A stretch of DNA of 64,000 nt from Diplonema japonicum (Eukaryota; Protista; Euglenozoa: Diplonemea): contig OZ025693.1 in assembly GCA_964019335.1 (NCBI GenBank), positions 310,001 to 374,000 of the forward strand, read 5' to 3'. The notes beneath the pieces were generated by a model. The model did not search any database and was not told where the DNA came from. It saw only the letters and a program-made list of their open reading frames with translations. Below, piece by piece: positions 24,690 through 35,300 of the stretch. Numbering within the stretch: position 1 is the first letter of the stretch; every line of letters begins with the position of its first letter. Made by a program: the position numbers and the translations under genes.

Positions 24690-26506
24690 ATGTAATGGCC
24701 AAACCACTTTGTGACCTGTGTTGGTGTAAACATATATACGCAGGAAGATGCTCTCGGGATTGTATAAAAAAATTAAAATAAAAAAAATAAAAAAGAGACA
24801 TTTAAAAATGAAGCGAATGAAAGGACCTGAAACAGAAAAAAAAAGGGGGCGAGGAGGATCGAGGATCACAAGGATCGAGGATCACAGACGACCCTTTGGG
24901 CCACTAAGTGACTGACTGTACAAGACGAAACTGATCAGAGACAAGGAACATAGTGGTGTCTCCTGGTGCCCGAGAAAAAAAGAAAAGAGTGCGGCTCATG
25001 TTCGTTCTCTTGTTCCCGACATTTATGTGTTTCGTTGTTCAGAAGAAAAAAAAAAACTCAAAGTACAGGACAAGCCCCCCGCTAGAGGGCCGCCCTATGG
25101 GAGGGGGGGGTCTATCTGTTAATACTTCCCTTCTGGAGCATTGCTTTCATCCCGATTGAGGCCCTGAGCGTCTTGCGGAGTCGTGTGATGCGGTCCCGCT
25201 TGTAGTCGGCTTTCAATTCCATTAGCTTGTCGTGCGTGGAGCGGGTGGCGAAAATAGGCCTCCTGGAGAAACCAATAGCTGCCTTTTCTCCAATGGCTGA
25301 GGGACTTCACTCTTTTTCTCTCGTCCGCTGGGAAGGGGCGTCGCTTCTTCCGTGCCCTGCATGCTGTGTTTATCTTTACGATGAGAGCTTTGATTCCGCG
25401 CGCCCTATCTTCCAGCAGGCCTCCCAAAGACTTTCCGGTCATCCATTCGAAGTCAATGGCCAGTTCCACCGCCGACACCTCCGAGGTGGTGTCCTTCTCC
25501 ACCCAGCGCAGTGACAACCATTGTAGCAGCGGGTTCAGGTACTGGGACAGGAACCCGCTCACTCCTTCGAGCTCGCCAGCTATCGGAACGGGGCATCTCT
25601 TACCTACCACATTTCGAATCCACGGTAGCGGCTGTGTGTTGACATCCTCCTTCTGCATGAGCTCTACGTCTCGTTTCTCAACCACCACGGCTAAGTATCG
25701 TTGCAGCTTCTCTAGGTACGCAAAGTCATGTCCTCTCGGCAGAATCGCGTGCAATTCCAGACACAGGGGCCATCCTGTCCTGTTGCGCAGTGGTTCCAAG
25801 CCGTCCTGTGCTAGCTCTTCCTGTGCGCAGGCGCACTCGTAGAGTTGATGGCGGAGTAGGGTTACCGTGTCCGGGTACGGTGATTCACACAGGTCGCACC
25901 TGAACCCTTGTGTGCGTGGTACTGTCGTTGTTGGGACTTGGCTTATGCTCTCTTCGACTTCTTCGGTGCCGTCACCTTCTGGTGCCAGGGGGACGCTTCT
26001 TTGGTTCGTTCCTGCATGCGGGCTAAGGTAGGGGACCCCTCCGGTGATAACCCGTCTCAGGCAGTAGGACATGAGCGGGTCCTTGGCTGTTTTCCATAGT
26101 TGGTTGGTTTTGGGATCCGCTCCCGCCTCCATCCCTCTCACTGTGTTCCTCTCGTTCGCCAGCGACCTGCTCCGGGCTTTCCTCACCGCGTCCCTAAAGA
26201 CGCGTCCGCGTTCGGCCCAGGGTTTGTTCCCACAGTCTAGCAATTGCGCCCAGCTCCATCTTATATAGGGGAGCCACCGACAGACCAGGTTGCCTACTGG
26301 TCCCATCGGGGTGGACCCCGTGCCGTACCCCGCAGCGATCCGCATGCATCTCTGTCGTAGTCGTTCGTCGTCGAGCGCTCCGGACACTACCTTCAGGGAG
26401 TGGTATATCACATAGGAGAGGGGATCGTTGGTGTGCCCCTTCAAGAGGACTGTGTTCACTGCGGTAGGAGAGCGTCCACGGTGGTGAGGGCCCCATAGGT
26501 TGCACG

Positions 26507-26956
26507 TTACCCTTGTCGACAATTTCTTGAGCGTCTCGTCACATGGGGGGGAGAACGGTCCGCTGTAGCGTTGAGATAAGCCCGACCGTCGAAGGCGACG
26601 TGGATGGGCAGCTTTTTGGACTCTCCCGAGATAGGGGAGACTGCGAGGGCGCCGTTATCGACCGTCAACAAGCGGATGTCGACCTTCCATGCGCGGGCAG
26701 TGGCCTGGATGGTGACCAGGTCGGCGGCGGTACCTTCCTTCGCGTGCTGGGTGCAGTAGGTGTCGTAGTTCCCGGTGACGTTCACTTGGTATTCTTCGCT
26801 TCCTCGCAACTCCTGTATCATGCGGCGCCTAATGTCGCTCCCCTTCTTCCCTAGCTTCTCTCCGACCACTCCGTAGAAGGAGTTCCCGTTCCCGTTCCCG
26901 TACGCCTTTCTGTGCGCCAACATCCCGAAGCCCTTCATAGCTTTTAAAATGTCCAT
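26507..26956 (-). pseudogene. OTU deubiquitinase-like domain inside the retroelement, catalytic residues degenerate
   Basis: GNGNSFY (cf. GDGNCLF), IRRRM, ADLVTIQATARAWKVDI and IHVAFDGRAY (cf. IHLAY...HY). Confidence 0.65.
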
Positions 26957-27237
26957 GGTTGACGTGGACCGCTGATGCTGAAATTGATGCTGTTGTTGAT
27001 GTGTTGTTTGCGCTCTCCTCTCCTTCCCTTCCTTGCATTAACCTAGAAACCTTTACCCTTCCTAAACTTATACACTTCCGTTGACCCTTACACTTCTGTT
27101 TACTTTTATTCCGTTACACTTTTACACCTCCTCTAAATCTTTATACTCCGTTGAACCTTGATGTCGCGTTCTTACTTCCAATATTTGTATTTTCTTTTCA
27201 AAGTTGCTGTGTGAACTTTATTGGCACGGTCGGACAC

Positions 27238-27274
27238 CAATAAAGTACAGAAACTGTAGCTTTAGAATCGTTGG
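27238..27274 (-). other. Genomic copy of the spliced-leader (mini-exon) sequence, lacking the first 2 nt of a 39-nt SL
   Basis: Minus strand reads CCAACGATTCTAAAGCTACAGTTTCTGTACTTTATTG. The last 19 nt (CAGTTTCTGTACTTTATTG) are the conserved kinetoplastid/diplonemid SL 3' end, and the CCAACGAT start matches the diplonemid-type SL as I recall it. Confidence 0.93.
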
Positions 27275-28280
27275 AAAAAAAAAAAAGAACTTTCTTTAAC
27301 AATAGGGGGGGGTTTTTCTTATTCCCCCCTTTTTCCTTTCTTTCTCACGCCACCCCTAATGGGCAGCGATGGGTACTACTGCAGAAGAAATGGGGAGAGG
27401 AGAGAAGAAACAATCATGGTGGGAATTGACCCTTTTTTTTTTCCTGCTATTATCAAAACCGCCCTCTTTCTGTTCGCGCTCCTCTCCCCCCAGTAAGGGG
27501 TGTTGTGTTGACAAAATACTTTTTATTTTTCTCATTTTCCCTTCTTCTTTCATTTGGCCTACAGGCTCCCGTATGCAACATATTCCGGCCCATAGACAGT
27601 GAAACAAATAAAAAAAACCGGAAAAAAAAAAAAGAAAAAAACTTGTGCGTACCTACAAAGGAAATTGCAGGGGTAAATAGAAAGGGTGCGGAGAAAGAGA
27701 AATGGGGGTTCCAAGGATAAGGACCAAAAAGAACAAAATTGTGCGATGATTACACCTGTCGAAGGGTAGAAGAGCACGCGTGAGTTCTTTCTTTTTTTTC
27801 TTATTTTCTTTTTTTCTTTCTTTAAAGTCCTCCTTGGTGTTTGACAGGATAAACAAAAAAGGGGAAAGGGAAGGGGCCCAAGACCAGTGCAATTTTTTTT
27901 TTTTAATTTTATCTTGGAGGGAAAAAAAAAAAAAAAAAGGAAAACAAGAAGAGAAGAGGGAAAAAGAGAGAGAGAAAAAAAGAAGAAAAAAAACCCCCCC
28001 CTCCTTTATTTTTTTTGTTGTTATTGGTGTATAAAGTTGCGCACAATCAAAGAATCCTATTCTTCTCTTGTATGAAGGGAGAAACAAAACCAAAAAGAAA
28101 AAAAAGAAAAAAAAAAACTTGCCACATGTCTACTAACCCTATGCAAGTTTAAGGAAGTGGTAATGCCCAATGTACCCAGTGCAACATTGGTTGTGGGATT
28201 AAGGAAGCGAGATGGAGGATCAAAAGGCAAATTAGCATGCAGTGAGGGACATATTGGCTCTGCGGGGTTTTAAAAGTTGG

Positions 28281-28450
28281 TTAATTTCACTTTTTCTGAA
28301 AGGACTTCACGACCCAGGGACACACGCACGAGAGGTAGAGCCTCTTCTCTATGAGCCCACTTCAGCATGGAAAAGCTCCTATGCAATAGGCTTTTTGTGC
28401 CCTCGTAGCAAAAGTGAGATATTTCAGAGTGTCGTGAAAATAAAAACCAC
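28281..28450. mobile_element. Short degenerate TIR element related to the intronic element at 38721-39397
   Basis: Left end TAATTTCACTTTTTCTGAAAGGACTTCAC and right end ATTTCAGAGTGTCGTGAAAATAAAAACCAC match the two ends at 38721 and 39298. Confidence 0.55.
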
Positions 28451-28930
28451 CCCCCGTGTAGCTGCAACTTCTGCAACAAGAGACGAAACGGGGGAGGAAA
28501 TTTCCCACCCTCCCCACCCCCGCATGAAAATCAGTACAGACCACACTCTTTACATTGCACGATAAAAAAGAAAAAGAAACATAACTAGCTCGGGGCGCAC
28601 CACTTTTTTTTTTTTGACATATTTTGTATGAGTGCAGCAAACAAGCCTGATTCACCTAATAAAAAAAAAAGAAAATACTCATTGCGTTAAAGTGAAAGTT
28701 CAAAAAAAAAAAAGACGAGGCGGGGAAAAAGAACATAAAACATGGGGGGGGGGGAAAGGAAAGAAAGGATACTTATCTGAACAGAAAAAAAAGGGGGGGG
28801 GGGATGTAAAAGGGCAAATCCCACTTTGGGACCACCAGTGGAGCCTATCCTCAGTTTCTCGGTTGTGCGAATCCGTCCCCCTCGGTAGGATCCGTGAACT
28901 CGTAAAACTGGTGTGTGAAAAAAAAAAAAA

Positions 28931-29191
28931 TCGATAAAGTTTCAGCGTGCATAGGGGGGCTCACTGTTCAGGACTGTCTAGTGCCTGCGGTGGCTGTTTG
29001 TCGTGATAAGATGGACAGCATCTGGGCGGGAAACATTACATGGGGTGCAAGGTAGGGGGCTGTTTGGCTCGAGGAGAGTAGACTCCTGTCGTAGCCATGT
29101 GCCGTCGGCCCCATATGTCGCAAGGTGTGCACCCTCGACTTAGCATTGGCAGGGAAGGCAGTGTACTCCCCTCCCCCTGCAAATCTCGAAT
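28931..29191 (-). mobile_element. 5'-truncated copy (~260 bp, 3' end) of the LINE at 51890-55784
   Basis: Colinear similarity to 51891-52165 (TCGATAAA.TTTCAG.GTGCAT...GCTCACTGTTCAGG; GTGCCTGCGGTGGCTGTTTGTCG). Flanked by A13 and A9 on +. The 5' boundary is approximate. Confidence 0.85.
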
Positions 29192-29337
29192 AAAAAAAAA
29201 TAATAATATGATAAAGGAAGCCAGCGTTGGTGGTGCTTCAAAAAAAAAAAAGTAGAAGTTCTCCCACCACCACCCCACCGTTGCGAAGATTAACTAATCA
29301 ATAATGGTACCACACGCAAGAAGAAGAAAAAAAAGTT

Positions 29338-32300
29338 TCAAAGCTCGATCTCATGAACCTCACGATGCTCCCTCTGCAGCGACCGATGCAAAGGGTTAGC
29401 AGACGGAAGGAGTATTGGCGGCAGATAAGGCTTAGGGAGTACAGGGGGTTCCGAGCTTGCAGGAGGCGAAGGGGATAGTGAAGAAGCTTCTCTGACAGTG
29501 ACAAAAACGTCAGCGGGAGGTACGTACGTAGCCTCCGACAGGTGGGTAATATCCCTCATGTTGGTCGTTGAGCTGAAGTTAAAAAATTTTGCAAACTTAC
29601 CCATGTAGGACCGTCCACCGGATCTCTGTAAGGTGTAAATGAAAAAAAAAAAATAAAATAACAATACCATAGGCGGACTGGAATCCACACCTCTCGCGCG
29701 CACTATAACAGACGGCAGCACTGGTGCCAACCACTCCGCGGAGGGAAGCGACCTGACACTAGGCGGCGGCGGCTGTATCGGGGACGGCGATGCTGTCGGA
29801 GTGTCCATGTTGACCTCCTTATTCTTCTGATCAACCTTCTCCTCAGTCCCCTTCGTTGTCTCATTGGTCGTGTTCTCTTCATTGAGCTCCGTAGCGAGCC
29901 TGGAGAGCTCGTGCTCTTCAAAGATGACCTTTTTCGTGTACTTTTCCCTGTCCTTGTCTTTCTTCCTCTTCCACAGCAGCCCTGCGAGGCACAGCAGACA
30001 GCACAGTGCTAGTAGCAGTGGGAGTATCACGCACAGCCACACTGAGCACGAGTCGTCCGTCTCCTCAGCTGTGGCCGGGTTGGGTGTGCACTTCGCGGGC
30101 TGTCCCACAGCAGACGCTTCGTAGGGTGCAGGGCAGTGGCACTTCCAATCTCCCAGGCTCTTCGGGTCTGCATTGGGATCAGCACACACCTGCCCGGCAG
30201 TGCTGCAGATGTAATGCCCTACTCTGTTCGCGCTGCACTCATCCACATCGCATACAGCGACGCTAGCCACAGCGAAGCCCTTCTCAGGGGCAGCACATCT
30301 GCATGTCCAGTCACCCGAGGCAGGCTTGTCGGGAGTCGGGTCCCAGCACGTTTGCCCGTTGACATGGCACGTCCTCCCGTGCACCTGGCACTCGTCCTCC
30401 ACGCACACTGCAACGCTGGCAACGGCTTCGCTTGAACCGCTCAGGCACACACACTTCCAATCGCCCTGCACTGTGTGGTTGTTATCAACACACTTCTGCC
30501 CGTTCAGTGCACACACCATGTCCTTCGTACCGCACTCATCCCCAGTCCCTGTCTGACCGCCGTCGCAACACAGCTGGTCAGAGCAGCTACCAGAGATGCA
30601 CATAATGTTGCTCGGTGCTGCCACTAGTCTCCCTGTGCTGCACGTCCATGCCCCGCAATCTGGGACTGACATGCAGCATAAGCTTTCACTACACGTGCTC
30701 TGCGGGCAGATGATAAGACCGGGAGACGGGCGCAACTGGCTCTTTGCACCACAGCTGTGCTCCCCACAGTTTGGCGCACTAGGGGCAGAAGTTTGGGGCG
30801 CGCCGGTGTTGGAAGCAATGGCCATGCAACACAACAGGTCTGTGCACCCTTGTACCGGGCACTGCATGAAGTCGGCGTTAGTTATCAACGCACCAGTGGT
30901 GCACGTGTACTGCCTGCATGTGGAGACAGGCTTCGTGCAGCATTTGGCGTCATCACAATTTGCACCGCACAACACCGAAGAAGGGGCGTTCACCAAGCTC
31001 ATTCCAGCCGAGCAAGTGTGCGTACCGCAGGACAGCGGCGGGGACCCAACACAGCACACAGCCTCCGTGCATCCATTGGGCCCACACTGGATAGACGATG
31101 GGCTGGGGCGCAAGCTGCTACCAGGCAAGCATGCATATTGCCCGCATGTAGGGACAGCGACACAGCACAAGACATCACTACAACCAGTCGTAGGGCATCG
31201 CGTGAGAGAAGGCGACGGCCTTAAATTACCCTGCCGGCAAGTGTGCAACCCGCAAGTGTGCATCCCAGTGCAACAAACAGCGTCGGTGCAACCAGAAGGT
31301 GCACACTGGATAGACCCCGGCGATGGATTCAGCACATTATCCGGCACCTGACAGGTGTACGTACCGCAAGTCACAGACGATGGTGCAAGCGTGACAGATT
31401 GCGGTATGCAGCATAAAGCATCTGTGCATACAGAAGATAAGCATGCAGTGAACCCTGGGTTGGGTATAAGTTTGCTGCCCGAAGCCATGCAAGCATACTG
31501 CCCGCAGTTCGCTGTCGAGGACGCTACACAGCAGAGCACATCAGTACACACCCCACCAAGGCACGTTGTCTGCACAGGTGCCGGTCGAAGGTAGCTCCCC
31601 GACACCTGGCACGTGTACGTACCGCAAGTCACGAAGGGCATTGGTGTTGTCAAGATGTCGCAACAAACCGCGTCGGTACACCCTATTGGCCCATGACAAG
31701 GTGTTAATCCTGGCAGAGGGATCAGCTCCTTGTTTGGGTCTCTGCACGCATACTGACCACAGTTCGGGAGCTGTGGTGGGGCTGCAGTTGCAGCTTGCGT
31801 GCAGCACCTCGTGTCGTCACAGGTAGAGGCACAGGTAATCAGAGAGGGCGATGGTTTCAGACGCTTATTTGGATCTAGGCATGTGTAGTGTCCACAGCTC
31901 GGCTGCCCAGGTGGCGAGGGGGTCGCAGGAGGTACCACTGGTGTGAGAGTTACAGGAGCATTAGTCCTAGGTGCACTCGTTCGTGGTGCAGGGGTTACTA
32001 CCGGTACAGTTGTTGCAGGTGCAGTGGTTGCTGGTACAGTGGTCGCCGGTACGGTTGTCGCTGGTGCAGGGGTATCTGGTGCCGGAGTCGCCGGTGCGGG
32101 GGTAGCTGGTGCAGAAGTTACCGGAGCAGGAGTATCTGGAGCAGGGGTGTCTGGTGCAAGAGTATCTGGTACAGGGGTAGCTGGTGCCGATGTGTCTGGT
32201 GCAGGGGTATCCGGAGCAGGGGTGTCTGGTGCTGGGGTGTCTGGTGCTGGAGTATCCGGTGCAGGAGTAGCTGGTGCCGGAGTGTCTGGGGCAAGAGTGT

Positions 32301-35300
32301 CTGGAACAGAAGTATCTGGTGCAGGTGTGTCTGGTGCAGGGGTATCCGGTGCACGAGTGGCTGGTGCAGGTGTGTCAGGTGCAAGAGTATCAGGAGCAGG
32401 AGTAGCTGGCGCCGGAGTATCTGGTGCAGGAGTGGCTGGTGCCGGAGTGTCAGGAGCAGGAGTGTCTGGTGCTAGAGTTTCTGGTACTGAAGTATCTGGA
32501 GCAGGTGTCTGTGGTGCAGGGGTATCTGGAGCAGAGGTGTCTGGTGCAGGGGTATCCGGGGCAAGAGTATCAGGAACAGTAGTGTCTGGTGCCGGTGTGT
32601 CCGGTGCAGGGGTGGCTGGAGCAGGAGTATCCGGTGCACGAGTATCTGGAGCAGGAGTGGCTGGTGCTGCAGTGTCCGGTGCAGGGGTAGCTGGCGCTGG
32701 AGTGTCTGGTGCAAGAGTGTCTGGCACTGAAGTATCTGGTGCAGTTGTGTTTGGTGCAGGGGTGTCTGGAGCAGGAGTGTCTGGCGCAGGTGTGTCTGGC
32801 GCCGGAGTGGCTGGTGCCGGGGTATCTGGCGCAGGGGTAGCTGGCGCAGGAGTGTCTGGTACCGGAGTATCTGGAGCAGAGGTGTCTGGTGCTGGAGTGT
32901 CAGGTGCCGGAGTGGATGGTGCAGGAGTGGATGGCGCTGGAGTGTTTGGTGCACTAGTGTCTGGGACAGAAGTATCTGGTGCAGGTGTGGCTGGTGCCGG
33001 AGTGTCCGGTGCTGGAGTGGCTGGTGCAGGGGTAGCTGGAGCAGGGGTGTCTGGTGCAAGAGTGTCTGGCACTGAAGTATCTGGTGCCGGTGTGTCAGGT
33101 GCAGGTGTGTCCGGTGCAGAGGTAGCTGGTGCTGGAGTATCTGGCGCTGGAGTGTCTGGTGCAGAGGTGGCTGGTGCCAGAGTGTCCGGTGCACGAGTGT
33201 CAGGAACAGGAGTATCTGGTGCAGGTGTGTCCGGTGCCGTAGTGGCTGGAGCAGGAGTATCTGGTGCAGGTGTCGCTGGCGCAGGAGTATCTGGTGCCAG
33301 AGTGTCTGGCACAAGTGTGTCTGGAGCAGGGGTGTTCGGTGCAGGTGTGTCTGGAGCAGGGGTAGCTGGTGCCGGAGTGTCTGGTGCCGGAGTATCTGGT
33401 GCAGGGGTGTCTGGTGCAGGTGTGTCCGGTGCAAGAGTGTCTGGAACAGGAGTATCTGGAGCAGGTGTGTCTGGAGCAGGGGTATCTGGTGCAGGGGTGG
33501 CTGGTGCAGGTGTGTCTGGTGCCGGAGTTGCTGGAGCAGGGGTAGCTGGTGCCGGAGTGTCCGGTGCAGGGGTATCTGGCACAAGAGTAGCTGGTGCAGG
33601 TGTGTCTGGTGCCGGAGTGTCTGGAGCAGGGGTAGCTGGTGCTGGAGTATCCGGCGCTGGAGTGTCTGGAGCAGGGGTAGCTGGAGCAGGGGTGTCCGGA
33701 GCAGGAGTATCCGGAGCAGGAGTAGCTGGTGCAGGTGTGTCTGGTGCCGGAGTGTCCGGTGCAGGGGTAGCTGGTGCTGGAGTATCTGGCGCTGGAGTGT
33801 CCGGTGCAGAGGTGGCTGGTGCTGGAGTATCCGGAGCAGGAGTATCTGGAGCAGGAGTAGCTGGTGCAGGCGTGTCCGGTGCAGGAGTGTCCGGCACAAG
33901 AGTAGCTGGTGCCGGTGTATCTGGTGCTGGAGTGTCTGGTGCAGGGGTAGCTGGTGCCGGTGTGTCCGGTGCCGGAGTATCTGGTGCAGGGGTGGCTGGT
34001 GCTGGAGTATCTGGCGCTGGAGTGTCTGGTGCAAGGGTAGCTGGTGCCGGTGTGTCCGGTGCCGGAGTATCTGGTGCAGGGGTAGCTGGTGCTGGAGTGT
34101 CCGGTGCTGGAGTGTCTGGTGCAGAGGTGGCTGGTGCCGGAGTGTCTGGTGCAGGAGTGTCCGGTGCACGAGTAGCTGGTGCAGGGGTATCTGGTGCAGG
34201 TGTGTCTGGTGCAGAGGTGGCTGGTGCCGGAGTGTCCGGTGCAGGAGTGTCCGGTGCCGGAGTGGCTGGTGCTGGAGTCTCAGGTGCCGGAGTATCTGGA
34301 GCAGGGGTGGCTGGTGCCGGAGTGTCCGGTGCAGGGGTATCTGGAGCAGAGGTGGCTGGTGCGGGTGTGTCCGGTGCCGGAGTGTCCGGTGCAGGGGTGG
34401 CTGGTGCTGGAGTATCAGGTGCCGGAGTATCTGGAGCGGAGGTGGCTGGTGCTGGAGTAGCTGGTGCCGGAGTGTCCGGTGCGCGAGTATCTGGTGCAGG
34501 GGTATCTGGTGCAGGTGTGTCTGGAGCAGAGGTGGCTGGTGCTGGGGTGTGCGGTGCTGGAGTGTCAGGTGCACGAGTGTCTGGTGCCGGAGTATCTGGT
34601 GCCGGAGTGTCCGGAGCAGGAGTAGCTGGCGCAGGAGTGTCTGGAGCTGGAGTGTCCGGTGCCGGGGTGTCGGGAGCAGGGGTGTCAGGTGCTGGAGTGT
34701 CTGGTGCAGGTGTATCTGGAGCAGGAGTGTCTGGTGCTGGAGTGTCCGGTGCTGGAGTGTCTGGCGCCGGAGTATCTGGTGCTGGAGTGTCTGGAGCAGG
34801 TGTGTCTGGTGCAGGTGTGTCCGGTGCAGGGGTGTCGGGTGCTGGAGTGTCAGGTGCCGGAGTATCTGGTGCTGGTGTGTCAGGTGCCGGAGTGTCCGGA
34901 GCAGGGGTGTCCGGTGCAGGAGTATCTGGTGCAGGGGTGTCTGGTGCAGGGGTGTCAGGTGCAGGAGTGTCTGGAGCAGGGGTGTCCGGTGCTGGAGTGT
35001 CAGGTGCAGGAGTGTCTGGAGCAGGAGTGTCCGGTGCCGGTGTGTCTGGTGCAGGGGTATCCGGTGCAGGGGTATCTGGTGCAGGAGTGTCCGGCGCAGG
35101 GGTGTCTGGTGCCGGAGTATCTGGTGCAGGGGTATCTGGTGCCGGAGTGTCTGGTGCAGGAGTCGGAGGAGCCGGGGTTGGTGGTGCCGGGGTTGGAGGT
35201 GCTGGAGTAGGGGGCGCCGGGGTTGGTGGTGCTGGAGTCGGCGGTGCCGGGGTGGCCTCACATTTTGGATAATCAAAATACCCGGGCGCGCACTCATCGC

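Larger units (their letters stand above)
25057..27274 (-). mobile_element. SL-capped, internally deleted non-autonomous non-LTR retroelement (SL - anti-SL hairpin - OTU-like ORF - LINE C-terminal region)
   Basis: Starts with the SL exon and is bracketed by A12 (27275-27286) and A11 (25046-25056) on +. Translation of 25119-~26570 aligns with the post-RT part of the 51940-55767 ORF (LWGP, GH..PLS.VIY, C..C...H...EC, ELAID). Frameshift near 25290; no APE or RT. Confidence 0.85.

Noticed and set aside
24855-24886. 16-bp tandem duplication AGGATCGAGGATCACA x2
   Set aside because: Simple local duplication with no associated structure; not the TSD of the neighbouring element.
24905-24965. Possible hammerhead ribozyme (GACGAAA, CTGATCAGA)
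   Set aside because: The core would need CUGANGA with stems separating it from GAAA; the motifs abut and the consensus is not met.
25060-25068. 9-nt SL-like word (CTGTACTTT on minus) at the 3' end of the SL-capped element
   Set aside because: Too short to distinguish from chance and not present at the 3' ends of the other two LINE copies.
27100-27274. Functional SL RNA gene
   Set aside because: Single copy, lacks the first 2 nt, preceded directly by T12 with no promoter-like region, no clear Sm site or terminator, and continuous with retroelement sequence. Not fully excluded, because GT follows the exon.
31943-35272. 1109-aa + strand GAGVS-repeat ORF and the 1051-aa alternative-frame ORF 32472-35627
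   Set aside because: Shadows of the stop-free 15-bp coding repeat; only the DTPAP frame has a signal peptide, domains and a TM.
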